From: Trypanosoma brucei
Taxonomy: Eukaryota
Assembly: GCA_000002445.1 (NCBI GenBank)
Contig: CP000066.1
Coordinates: 1,504,001-1,568,000 of the forward strand
Length of the DNA: 64,000 bases
Reading direction: 5' to 3'
Shown: positions 41,846 to 52,100 of the stretch, piece after piece
Layout of the letters: every line of letters starts with the position of its first letter
Numbering within the stretch: the stretch's first letter is position 1
Made by a program: the position numbers and the translations under genes
The notes under the pieces: model-generated
Database searches by the model: none
The model's input: only the letters and a program-made list of their open reading frames with translations
Told to the model about the DNA's origin: nothing

Positions 41846-43571
41846 GAAAAGCTATTACCTGACGTAAAGGAGAAAGCGATGTGTGGAAAAGGGATGAAGA
41901 AGGGAATGCTGATAAGAAGAAAAGGGTAAGATACCGGAGGGAGGAAAGATAAAGGAAAGAAGTTCAGGCATCCATACAAGTTAGTTGAGGCCACACGCTA
42001 TTGGAGGTCTATGTTGAGGGCTTGTGCCAACCACTTTTCCTTCCCATGTTCATTCATTCACGTGATAAATTCTTCTGCTGTGTTTGTTTCTCTTTGCCTT
42101 CGAACGAGTGTGTTTGTCTCTTTCTGCGTCTGGCGGTTTAGAATAAGTCCCTCCTGCGAACTGTGCTGCGTTTCCATGATTATTTGTTTTATTTCCTCAA
42201 GTGAGGGTGCTATTACGGGAAATTGATGAGACTCACCGCAACAGATTTTCACTTTTCCCCTTTTTTTCTCTTTCGGAAATGTCGGCATACATGAAATTTT
42301 CTTTGTTGGTTTCGCACCGGAACTGTAAAGGAGGGACTTTGTAAAACGTGTTTACCACACAATCATTACATGGGACAAATCGATTCTAGCGACTCTATTT
42401 AATGTATTTGCGCGAGTCTCTGACGCACAGGGATGCATTCCGTGACTAATATGCCACTGAATCTCTTCACATCCATCTCCGTTTCAGTGCCACCCTTCCT
42501 TTTGCAGCTTGTGTGTCGGCTGAGGCAACAAACTGAAGCTGTTGGACATAATGCCAATTAACTGATTGGACAATTTTTGTTTGTCAGACGTTGACGGGGG
42601 ACACAAAATGGTACACATACACACACACACACACATACACACGCAGAAGATTTGCTACTGTGCTCTTACGATCATTCCATTAGTTTCAAACTAAAGGAAA
42701 AAAACCAGTCTTTGTGGGAACGGCGGAATTCGCTGGTAACATTGTCGTTGGCACCCACTTGGCGAAATAGCCGGTCGATATCAGCTTTACCGAAATCTCA
42801 GGGAACTATCAGTACGCCTTCACTTTCCTATGGCACCAAAACTCACAAAATTGCTGATGTTCAAACACTGAAGAATGAAAGATGACCTGTACTTCTTTGG
42901 GGTGGGCACTTCTGCTGAAGGAGTAGTCGGTATGCTGTCGACACTTTTTTTTTTTTAAGCACCAAAGGGGGAAAGAGTAAGTGCTGCATGCCTGGTAGTT
43001 TACAATTATATCTTGAGCAAAGGAATTACCTTTTCGATCACAAACTTTAAAAAGTTCCGGCGGTGCTGCATCTGAGAGTAATTTTTTTTTTTATCACTAG
43101 AAAAGCAGCCAGTAGCGCTTAGAAAGTTCAGAAGAGAGCGCACAAGATATCACTTCACATTTTACCATTCCACGCACTAAACTGGGTATTTTTGTAACTT
43201 TTTTTTGTATTTACAGCGTGTTTAAGGCCATGAGGGCGCAATATGTAACAAGCCTTTTGAGCACTATGCTTTAAGTGTGTGCATGACGAGCTAATTTAAC
43301 ATATGACTGCTTTCGTTCTTTCCCTTGTACCCATAGGAGGAGGATTCCGACTTAATAAGTTTTCTGTAGTTACCAGATAATCATAAAAACGTGTCAACAC
43401 AAAATACTACCAAAGAGGGAGGGGGAAAAACAATAAAATACAAGGGGAAAATTTTGTCGATAATTGTGAAAGAAAAGATAAAACGGAAGCAGTGCGGGTA
43501 GTTAAGTCATATCTGGTAGTTTAATCTGTTCGGCTCACAGAGTAAACAAATCACCGAGTTGCTCAAAAAAT

Positions 43572-46500
43572 ATGGAAGAGGACAAAAAACATTGGAGTTA
43601 CGACGCGGAAAACGAGGGTGTGTTACGCGACACCCCCTCTCCACTTCAGATACAAGAATCCATTGGGAACGATGGGAATACACAAACAGAAGGTAATGAG
43701 CACGGTGATTCTACAACAGAAGAAAATATCAGCAACAGCGAAGTAAAATGTGAAATTGAAATTGTGGAAAAGGTTCATCCGGATGCCGAAGAGGAAGAGG
43801 CACGTCTCAGAGCTGAAGAGGAGGCACGTCTGAGAGCTGAAGAGGAGGCACGTCTGAGAGCTGAAGAGGAGGCACGTCTCAGAGCTGAAGAGGAATCACG
43901 TCTCAGAGCTGAAGAGGAGGCACGTCTCAGAGCTGAAGAGGAGGCACGTCTCAGAGCTGAAGAGGAGGCACGTCTGAGAGCTGAAGAGGAGGCACGTCTC
44001 AGAGCTGAAGAGGAATCACGTCTCAGAGCTGAAGAGGAGGCACGTCTCAGAGCTGAAGAGGAGGCACGTCTCAGAGCTGAAGAGGAGGCACGTCTCAGAG
44101 CTGAAGAGGAGGCACGTCTGAGAGCTGAAGAGGAGGCACGTCTCAGAGCTGAAGAGGAGGCACGTCTCAGAGCTGAAGAGGAGGCACGTCTCAGAGCTGA
44201 AGAGGAATCACGTCTCAGAGCTGAAGAGGAGGCACGTCTCAGAGCTGAAGAGGAGGCACGTCTCAGAGCTGAAGAGGAATCACGTCTCAGAGCTGAAGAG
44301 GAGGCACGTCTGAGAGCTGAAGAGGAGGCACGTCTCAGAGCTGAAGAGGAGGCACGTCTCAGAGCTGAAGAGGAGGCACGTCTGAGAGCTGAAGAGGAGG
44401 CACGTCTCAGAGCTGAAGAGGAGGCACGTCTCAGAGCTGAAGAGGAGGCACGTCTCAGAGCTGAAGAGGAGGCACGTCTCAGAGCTGAAGAGGAATCACG
44501 TCTCAGAGCTGAAGAGGAGGCACGTCTCAGAGCTGAAGAGGAGGCACGTCTCAGAGCTGAAGAGGAGGCACGTCTCAGAGCTGAAGAGGAATCACGTCTC
44601 AGAGCTGAAGAGGAGGCACGTCTCAGAGCTGAAGAGGAGGCACGTCTCAGAGCTGAAGAGGAATCACGTCTCAGAGCTGAAGAGGAGGCACGTCTCAGAG
44701 CTGAAGAGGAGGCACGTCTCAGAGCTGAAGAGGAGGCACGTCTCAGAGCTGAAGAGGAGGCACGTCTCAGAGCTGAAGAGGAGGCACGTCTCAGAGCTGA
44801 AGAGGAGGCACGTCTCAGAGCTGAAGAGGAGGCACGTCTCAGAGCTGAAGAGGAGGCACGTCTCAGAGCTGAGGAAGAGGCACGTCTGAGAGCTGAAGAG
44901 GAGGCACGTCTGAGAGCTGAAGAGGAGGCACGTCTCAGAGCTGAAGAGGAAGAGGCACGTCTCAGAGCTGAAGAGGAGGCACATCTTGAAAGTAAAGACT
45001 CTTCCGTTAAACGACCCATCCAATGTGACGATGGTTGTAGGTGGATTAGGGCTGATGAGGTTGCAGCAGTTTCAGCAATTGAGGGGCCCACAGGTTCAGC
45101 TTTAGATGATTGTCTTTCGTATTCGTTTGTTGGTATAAGTTCCTCTGAAGTTTCTGTGGGAGGGGAAAACTGCGATGCATTTATGGGTAAAGGTGATACA
45201 TCATCGGCAAGTGATAACGCGCGTAGTGATCACTTGACCGGCCGTTCTTGTTCCAAAACAGTGCCCTTGAAACATCCGTTAACAAATAACATTCCATGCC
45301 ATGATGAGTTTGAAATTTGCATGGAGGAAGAGCTGCTGCGTATGGGTTACGCTGAATCGGATATCCACGTCCGCTACCTGGAACTTCACCACCACGAGAC
45401 GTCACGGGAGCCTGGGCGTTGTCTGTATCCTCCTCTTGAGAGTGGAGGTGGTGTCTTGTCCCCACAAAACATTCAAATTGGTTTCTTCAGAAGCAAGCAG
45501 GTCGTCATTGCTTCCCACTCCTTGGTATCCAGGAGAGTGGCTAAGCGCGAGAGGAGCGCTAAAGTTGGTGAGAGGGCTTTAAGCGACTCGCGGTTCTTCT
45601 TCGAGAATGAACTAATGTCCGACACTACGGTTACAACGGAAGACAGAAATTTACCTCACAATAGCCCTGATGAGCAACTTGTTGAGGAACAGAAACTAAG
45701 GACTAACCAAAATAACCTCGTGGCAGCTGCGCTCTCCCGTTTTACCCTTGGTGACCCTGTTCAAGTGTGGGAGCAGGCATGCGGGTTCTCCCTTGATCCT
45801 GTCCCCGGTATTAGGGATGGTGTGAGACAACTTCCTACACATGTGACTGGGGAGACGTCTTCGTATATATGGGCACACGAAATCGCAACTAACAAGCCAG
45901 TTCCCGCAATGAAAGCCTTTGACTCCGGCGTTCTGCTTCGTGTTGAATGTACGTCTATCGCGAGTCGACTCCTCGAGGTACACAAGGATGCAATAGATCC
46001 TGTCATTGTATCGGTGGCATTCTACAGTATGGGCTCCAGTACCAAGTTAAAGGTGTCTGAGACATTTTTTTTTGATTCGTGTGTCGACATTTTCTACCCT
46101 CACAAGGAGCGCAGTGAACTCAACAGAGAAAGTCGAGCGATGGCTTTTATTCCACAAGAGTTCTTCGCCTCCCTTTACCTCGTTATGCGTGTGTACCGAC
46201 CCTGCTGTGAGGATCAGGACAGTTATGTAGACCTCTACAGCAGACCCGACCGCTACAAAAGCCAGCAGGTTACTCTTATGAAGCAGAACACACAGCTGCT
46301 TGCCATGAAATCTGATATTTTTGAGGAAATTGGCTGGTACATGATGCCTTGTGTAAAGAATAAGAGTGTGGTTGAAACGTTGGAGACGACCAAATTGTAC
46401 CAAAGAGGGGCACCCGATGCACAGGTATTTCAATTGGTAGAAAATGAGCGTGCGCAGAAAGCATTAGCCACACTCCCTTTCTTCGCTTCTTTCAGCTTGA

Positions 46501-49500
46501 AGCATTGTAAGGGATGCGAAGTTGAGTTTCCGTCCCAGCATGATGAACCACTTCCTGAGGAAAATGAGACGATTATCAAGGTGTGCACCCGAAGCGATAC
46601 CGAAGTACAGGAGGAAACTTGCCGATTTGTTCCTTGCATCATACCCATACTAAACTCAGGGTTTTTCAACTCTTATCATAATGTGTACTACTTTCGTCTT
46701 GACAGGGTGAAACTGGTAAGCACTGGGATATTACGAACTGTTCCCTCGACGCACCGCACATTTGTCATGGAGATCAATGTAAGAGACAACGACACATCAT
46801 TGTCTGGTGAAAACCTACCGCTTTTGTACGGGAACAGGCTATCAGCAAAGACACTGCAGACGTCCGTGTGGGCCTCAGCTGTTCACAATTCTCTTGACTT
46901 TTCGTTGAGCGATGAGTTTAAGGTGCAACTGCCACTCCATCTTGGCGAAAAGTTCCATATATTTATAACCCTCTATGCCTGCTGTAAGAAAATGGACAAT
47001 TCTTCAGAAGAAATGCAGAAAATGCACAAGGTTGGTTATGCAGCATTTCCTATTATCCATAACGGTGTGGTGCGGGTGAAGGACGAGTGGACCATCAAGT
47101 TCATCGCAGCGGATCAAGTACTTGAAGGGTCGGAAAAATCATATCTAGATAAATTCTCCGAGGCAGCTGACGAGGCGCACCTTAATGGTGGTATCCCTGT
47201 CTTGTCTGTCAGTACGCAGACACGTACCTCTGTTCATGCCTCTAATGCCATCATTGCCAGTTTACTGAAGGAGATGCCGGCTTCGTTGGAGAGTATTTTG
47301 CGTAATGATAACTTGTTCCGCGTTTCCGGGAATTTGAAAGATATCTATAGGTCCGATGATGACGCAATTCACAGCAGTTTGATCCGTAAAATGCGGAAAC
47401 TTCCTCTGGCGGAGATTCTAGCTTTTTATCCACTTCTTTCGTTCTTCATACTGTCGCTGATCAGTTCACCGTCGAAAAGTGTCAGTTTACCCTGTCGAAC
47501 CGCAGCTTTGGAGGTACTTCTTGACATTACAATCAAAACGCAGCATTATGATCTTACAACCCGTTCGCGTCAAAAACAGCACTCAGCACGGGGTGTTTCC
47601 AAAACCTCCGTAACCCGCTTTCTCTATCACCATCTTACTAATGATTTACTGTATAATGGAGAGAAGCAACGCCTCTACGCCGGATTTGCAGAGACATGGT
47701 TACATCTACTGGTGGCGTGTAGACCGCATTCAGAGAACACTGACCAAGGTGCTGGGGATAAAACTGCGAAGGACGACCGTGAACAAGACAAGAGGAACAT
47801 TCGCAAGCGGATGGCAGATCTGTCGTGGTTTTTATTCGGTGTGATATTGCGTTCTATTTACATCTGGGCACTGGAGAACCCCAGCATTCCTCGAGCGAAG
47901 TTGTTGGACCCCGGTTTCTACTCGATTATTGGTGACCTCTGCGTAGAAGCTCTTGACGTTCTTGACGGTTTTGGAATCGATGATGTCCTTGTTCGGCGCA
48001 CGGCACTCTTTACGAGGAATCTGTTTAATTTCTGTGATCGCGGAAAGGTGCTTAACATCACCCAACGAATCGTGGAGTTCTTCGAAAAACGGCAAGATAT
48101 GGAGGGATTGGGCACGTTTATGAGTATCATTCTTGACGACGTGGATGTCGTTACGTTGATGATTCCTTCTTCGTCATACACCCAACCCGTCTTTCTTACT
48201 CGTATATTAGTACATGCCTTCTCGCTTTTACTCTCCAGTCCAAGCCAGGTCGTGCGTTCCTCATCTTCGGACGTGCTCTACAAATTCATTTGTCGTGTGA
48301 CAAATGGTGTGCGTTACCCCGCAACCTGTTTGCGCTGGATGGCCTCGCAACTCCTTGCTTTGGTACGAGAGGTTTCACTTCGGTGGAAAGCGTATGTGCA
48401 AATGTGTGAGAAGACAGAGTCTGTTGCTACAATTGAGGACAAGCGTCAACTCTGTGTTTCGATACTTTGGATAATTTATTATGCACCACCAGGTCGTCTA
48501 CGAAATTGGTTGAAGGGAGAGCGCGACAGTGACGTAATTTCTGGTCTTTTGAGCCTTGTAAGTGATGCGCAACACCTCTTTCGCTACACCGCGGGCGTTG
48601 ACAAGGCAAATCCACATGGTGTTAAGGAACCAACCCAATGGATGCGGGAGTGGGATGCGCGCATGTCAACGTTTGTTGCTGCAATTGGTGCATATGTGTG
48701 CAGCGCAGTCCTCCATGCTGTTCCTGATGCACTAAAGAGTCTCCGAACTGAGAAAGTGGATCCAATTGTGTTCCCGTTCTTTCATTTGTTAGAAGGTGTA
48801 TTGCATCTTGGAAATTCAACAGCCGCCCTTCAGATTGGTTCCTGTGCCCTACTGGAAGTTGCTCATTCTATCTTTCCGGAGATTTTGTGTTCCACTTCGC
48901 GGATGTGCAGCGGTATGGCAGTACTTGTGATGAGTCTGATGAGTAGTTGTTCGGTGCATGTGCGTTCAATGGCGGAGGAGGTGCTGTTCCTGATGTGCTA
49001 CGCCTGTTACACGGGGTGCAGGTCAGTCGCAAAAATCAAGGCGCCGATCTTCAGCGCAACGGTTTACGTGGCGGAGTCTAAAAAGCGTGACCTTCGTTTA
49101 GCTGGAGGTTTTCTCGAACTCCATCTCTCGAACTTAGTGCGAAAAGCTCAACAGTCGGGAGACAACTTCCCCCCGTTTTCCCAGTCGTATGTAAAGCGCT
49201 GTGAAGCTGACTCAGAAACCCCCGGTAATGAGGTTACCGCAGGGCGCCGGCATTGTGGAGAGTCACCATTTACTTCTGTCGAGCGGATGAGCCCGATACC
49301 ATCTTGCCTTATCAGCAACGGTGTGAATGGAATCGCATCACTTGTAGGAAACCGTAGGACAAGTGCTATTGTTGGAAGCGAACAGGGCAGCAACAACTGT
49401 AATGAACCACCCTCATTCGCAGAGGAGCTGGCTTCAGTGAGGGAAATATCCATGATGTTGTTCGGTAGCGTTCGGCAACTGATGCAGACCGAATCTCTTC

Positions 49501-50963
49501 GGCTGAAGGAGGCGAAGGCGCTCCAACACTTCAAACTTGCCGTGCAACTGTTGAGGGTGGGTGCAGTGCATGAATGCCTCAGATGGTTTCAGCGCCTTCA
49601 TGAACTGCACAAAGCGAACAACAACATGGGGGAGGCGGGCATTGTTTTGTTGTTTGTAGCGGCTCTTTGTTTTCGTCTAACAGAAGCCTTCTACCAAGTA
49701 AGAGGAAAGGAATCACGAGGAGCACGCATACCATTTATTGTGTTCTCCCACGTGTTCTGGCACGATTACGCGCGGCTTCTTCCTGAAGTGGACACACTTC
49801 TTACTGGTGATGTTTTGTATACGGTGGTGTCGGAGTTGAGGGTTCTCCCTAGCGACCCCTGCTTGTCACTTTCAGGACATGTAGAAGTGTTGCGAGGGGC
49901 TGCGTCGCTGTTAGATAAGGATCATTATAACATCTTCTCTGTAGGTGTGTTAAGCATTGTTGAGCGTTACTACCGTTTGTTGAATGACTTCAAAGCTGCC
50001 GCCTCAATCCACTCAGCGATGGCGGACGGTTGTTATGCGGTTTCTAAAGAAGATCGACAAAAGCGGGAGAATCACTGTTACTTTTTGCTTTGGGCTCGCA
50101 TGAACCGGGCAGAAGTTGAGTTACATGAGATGGATGGTAACGAATCCATGCAAAACGGATACAGCCTGCCTCTAAAATGCGTGTTTAAAATGCCAGCTAA
50201 AACTAAGTTGGAGCAGTTTTTGGAATGTAGCAAAGACTTCGTTAGGCCCCTTCTCAAAGACGCCACTCCTCTTGTTGTTACGGAAATGGCGGAGGAACAA
50301 AAAGATATGGGAGCTTTAGAAGCTTCGAAATTACCACCGGAAAATTGCTGTTTATTAAGCGTGTGTGAAGTCAACCCATGCTTTTCCAGTGGTAGGCGGA
50401 AGCTCACCGACAGTTACGATAGAAATGCTTCCCTCAATAAATTTGAGTACATGACGTACACATACGACAACAGTCGGGAGTATGGCGACGCCAAGCCGGA
50501 TAGTGCTTTACTAAGGAACCGTTTGGTTGTGTACAAATACCACCTTGAGCGCTCATTCCCTTCAACAACGAATGTCATAGACGTTGCCACTACACATATT
50601 GACCAGCTTGATACCGCGGCCACCGTTGCACACGTCCTGGGCAAAAGCATTGAAATGTTGCAGGCGCCGGTGGATAACGACGAACTTGTCGGCACACTGC
50701 TACGAGCGCTTACGCCCGGTGGGTTCGCGCGGCCAGGCGCTTATATAAAAGAAGTCATCACTACAATGAGTACGAATAGTGCTGTAATGACTCAGGTGCG
50801 ATCCCTCAGCAAACTACTGAAGACGAAGTTGACACTTTGCGAAAAGCATGACGCTCCACTAAATAGCACAGAGAATTACGCACTTGTTTTAAAGGCTGTG
50901 ATGGATATAGAGTGTACGCTTATTACTTTGGATGACAAGGTAGGGGTAGCCTGCAGTCAATAG
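43572..50963 (+). CDS. Giant (2463 aa) protein: ~48 tandem EEEARLRA repeats at the N-terminus, then a large body with C2/DHR-1-like and DHR-2-like segments (putative DOCK-family GEF-like protein)
   Basis: ATG at 43572. Uninterrupted 7.4-kb ORF. The repeat array is directly visible. The DOCK-like assignment is inference from motifs: a beta-rich segment VLLRVECTSIASRLLEVHKD...LYLVMRVYRPC (C2-like); near the C-terminus NNNMGEAGIVLLFVAALCFRLTEAF and HCYFLLWARMN...LKCVFKMPAKTKLEQFLE resemble DHR-2 core helices and the FRVGFYG...YKEPKxTKLxEI region of DOCK proteins. Confidence 0.6.
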   Translation: MEEDKKHWSYDAENEGVLRDTPSPLQIQESIGNDGNTQTEGNEHGDSTTEENISNSEVKCEIEIVEKVHPDAEEEEARLRAEEEARLRAEEEARLRAEEEARLRAEEESRLRAEEEARLRAEEEARLRAEEEARLRAEEEARLRAEEESRLRAEEEARLRAEEEARLRAEEEARLRAEEEARLRAEEEARLRAEEEARLRAEEEARLRAEEESRLRAEEEARLRAEEEARLRAEEESRLRAEEEARLRAEEEARLRAEEEARLRAEEEARLRAEEEARLRAEEEARLRAEEEARLRAEEEARLRAEEESRLRAEEEARLRAEEEARLRAEEEARLRAEEESRLRAEEEARLRAEEEARLRAEEESRLRAEEEARLRAEEEARLRAEEEARLRAEEEARLRAEEEARLRAEEEARLRAEEEARLRAEEEARLRAEEEARLRAEEEARLRAEEEARLRAEEEEARLRAEEEAHLESKDSSVKRPIQCDDGCRWIRADEVAAVSAIEGPTGSALDDCLSYSFVGISSSEVSVGGENCDAFMGKGDTSSASDNARSDHLTGRSCSKTVPLKHPLTNNIPCHDEFEICMEEELLRMGYAESDIHVRYLELHHHETSREPGRCLYPPLESGGGVLSPQNIQIGFFRSKQVVIASHSLVSRRVAKRERSAKVGERALSDSRFFFENELMSDTTVTTEDRNLPHNSPDEQLVEEQKLRTNQNNLVAAALSRFTLGDPVQVWEQACGFSLDPVPGIRDGVRQLPTHVTGETSSYIWAHEIATNKPVPAMKAFDSGVLLRVECTSIASRLLEVHKDAIDPVIVSVAFYSMGSSTKLKVSETFFFDSCVDIFYPHKERSELNRESRAMAFIPQEFFASLYLVMRVYRPCCEDQDSYVDLYSRPDRYKSQQVTLMKQNTQLLAMKSDIFEEIGWYMMPCVKNKSVVETLETTKLYQRGAPDAQVFQLVENERAQKALATLPFFASFSLKHCKGCEVEFPSQHDEPLPEENETIIKVCTRSDTEVQEETCRFVPCIIPILNSGFFNSYHNVYYFRLDRVKLVSTGILRTVPSTHRTFVMEINVRDNDTSLSGENLPLLYGNRLSAKTLQTSVWASAVHNSLDFSLSDEFKVQLPLHLGEKFHIFITLYACCKKMDNSSEEMQKMHKVGYAAFPIIHNGVVRVKDEWTIKFIAADQVLEGSEKSYLDKFSEAADEAHLNGGIPVLSVSTQTRTSVHASNAIIASLLKEMPASLESILRNDNLFRVSGNLKDIYRSDDDAIHSSLIRKMRKLPLAEILAFYPLLSFFILSLISSPSKSVSLPCRTAALEVLLDITIKTQHYDLTTRSRQKQHSARGVSKTSVTRFLYHHLTNDLLYNGEKQRLYAGFAETWLHLLVACRPHSENTDQGAGDKTAKDDREQDKRNIRKRMADLSWFLFGVILRSIYIWALENPSIPRAKLLDPGFYSIIGDLCVEALDVLDGFGIDDVLVRRTALFTRNLFNFCDRGKVLNITQRIVEFFEKRQDMEGLGTFMSIILDDVDVVTLMIPSSSYTQPVFLTRILVHAFSLLLSSPSQVVRSSSSDVLYKFICRVTNGVRYPATCLRWMASQLLALVREVSLRWKAYVQMCEKTESVATIEDKRQLCVSILWIIYYAPPGRLRNWLKGERDSDVISGLLSLVSDAQHLFRYTAGVDKANPHGVKEPTQWMREWDARMSTFVAAIGAYVCSAVLHAVPDALKSLRTEKVDPIVFPFFHLLEGVLHLGNSTAALQIGSCALLEVAHSIFPEILCSTSRMCSGMAVLVMSLMSSCSVHVRSMAEEVLFLMCYACYTGCRSVAKIKAPIFSATVYVAESKKRDLRLAGGFLELHLSNLVRKAQQSGDNFPPFSQSYVKRCEADSETPGNEVTAGRRHCGESPFTSVERMSPIPSCLISNGVNGIASLVGNRRTSAIVGSEQGSNNCNEPPSFAEELASVREISMMLFGSVRQLMQTESLRLKEAKALQHFKLAVQLLRVGAVHECLRWFQRLHELHKANNNMGEAGIVLLFVAALCFRLTEAFYQVRGKESRGARIPFIVFSHVFWHDYARLLPEVDTLLTGDVLYTVVSELRVLPSDPCLSLSGHVEVLRGAASLLDKDHYNIFSVGVLSIVERYYRLLNDFKAAASIHSAMADGCYAVSKEDRQKRENHCYFLLWARMNRAEVELHEMDGNESMQNGYSLPLKCVFKMPAKTKLEQFLECSKDFVRPLLKDATPLVVTEMAEEQKDMGALEASKLPPENCCLLSVCEVNPCFSSGRRKLTDSYDRNASLNKFEYMTYTYDNSREYGDAKPDSALLRNRLVVYKYHLERSFPSTTNVIDVATTHIDQLDTAATVAHVLGKSIEMLQAPVDNDELVGTLLRALTPGGFARPGAYIKEVITTMSTNSAVMTQVRSLSKLLKTKLTLCEKHDAPLNSTENYALVLKAVMDIECTLITLDDKVGVACSQ
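43808..44990. repeat. Tandem array of ~48 copies of a 24-bp unit (gaagaggaggcacgtctcagagct) encoding EEEARLRA, with sparse variants (gca to tca giving EEESRLRA; ctc/ctg synonymous)
   Basis: Read directly from the sequence between 43808 and about 44990. Unit identity is above 95%. The array is in-frame coding on + and yields a spurious 438-aa antisense ORF (SSALRRAS)n on the - strand. Confidence 0.95.
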
Positions 50964-52100
50964 CGATAAACCAATGTGGTGCGTGAGATATTAAAAGGTA
51001 TTTTAAGGTTAATATATTTTGGGGGTTGGATGGCGTCACCATTATTAATATTTTAATCATAGAAAATACTCTCGCGTCATATTGATGTAGTGGTTGGTGA
51101 TTTTTTTTGCTTTTGTTATTTTCGTGTGCTTTAAGATCCAGCGTTGCGGTAGTGTTCACCCTCCCCCCGATGGGGTCAAATATTTGGCCTTCAAAACAAA
51201 TGTTGAATTAACCTTTTGATGATGATATCATTTTCATTTTTTTCTCCATAACAATGAATGTTTCGTGTCTGATAAATTGATGGTGAGTGCGATGGGCGTG
51301 TTATCGCTACCATTCCTTTTGCTTTAATCACCGCCTCTCCTGTTGGATTTTCTCAATGTGTGAACGTGCTTCCATCACTCAGCACTGCTGCAGACACAGA
51401 CGAATACAATACTACAAATGAATACAGATATATATGTTGTTTCCCTCTTTTTGTTCCTTTTTTGTTTCAATTTTACCGTCGCTCAGCGGCTGTTTCTTCG
51501 ATCGTCCCTTGAATGTGATTCTCTTCATAACGCTGGGTTGATTGAGTGCTCTGCACTTGTATCTAATCGTGCTTAGTGGTGGAACAGTTTTAAATTATCA
51601 TCATGACTTGAAGGAGCTGGGAAGTCGGAATTGATTCCGGTATTTTTTAAAAAAAAATAGAAAGAGAAATTATATACAAGTGCCCCTCTCTTTTTTGTGT
51701 TTGTTTCTGTGCGTTTATTTGCATTATTAACAGGGAGAAGTAACCATAGGTAACGTGCTAAGCGGTTTAGGAGAGCTGTGAAGGGGCGTGTTTAATTCTC
51801 TTTTTTACGTGTGATCCCTTTTGTCGCTATCACTATTTCGTCAGTTCTATTATTATTGTTATTATCACTTGCTACTGTGTCATGTCTCCGTTGTTCTTCG
51901 TAATGTAGTAAAGGTTGAGCATTTGATAGAGTTTTTTTTTCTTATTTTATTGGTTAAGGGTGCTTGTATCACCAAAGGGGGAGCACGCGGAAGTGCGGTA
52001 GGGCGAATAGACGCGAAAAGAATTGCAAAAAAAAAAAGTAGTGAATACTCTGAACACTACATTACAGGGGCTATTAAGGCAATTTTTTTCTAGTGAAGAG

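Noticed and set aside
41649-43571. Possible hidden gene in the 1.9-kb gap between RPN1 and the giant gene
   Set aside because: Only ORFs of about 77 aa or less with no convincing composition. The region is dominated by (GT)n and (CA)n tracts and is more likely long UTRs. It may still hold ncRNA, but nothing specific could be supported.
43808-44990. Possible CRISPR array (regular short direct repeats)
   Set aside because: The units are contiguous with no unique spacers and are in-frame protein-coding. The window is eukaryotic (kinetoplastid).
44664-45023. 119-aa minus-strand ORF (SETCLLFS)n
   Set aside because: Another frame of the same antisense repeat array.
43775-45091. 438-aa minus-strand ORF encoding (SSALRRAS)n
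   Set aside because: It is the antisense reading of the 24-bp tandem array within the giant + strand gene. The absence of stop codons is a by-product of the repeat, not evidence of a gene.
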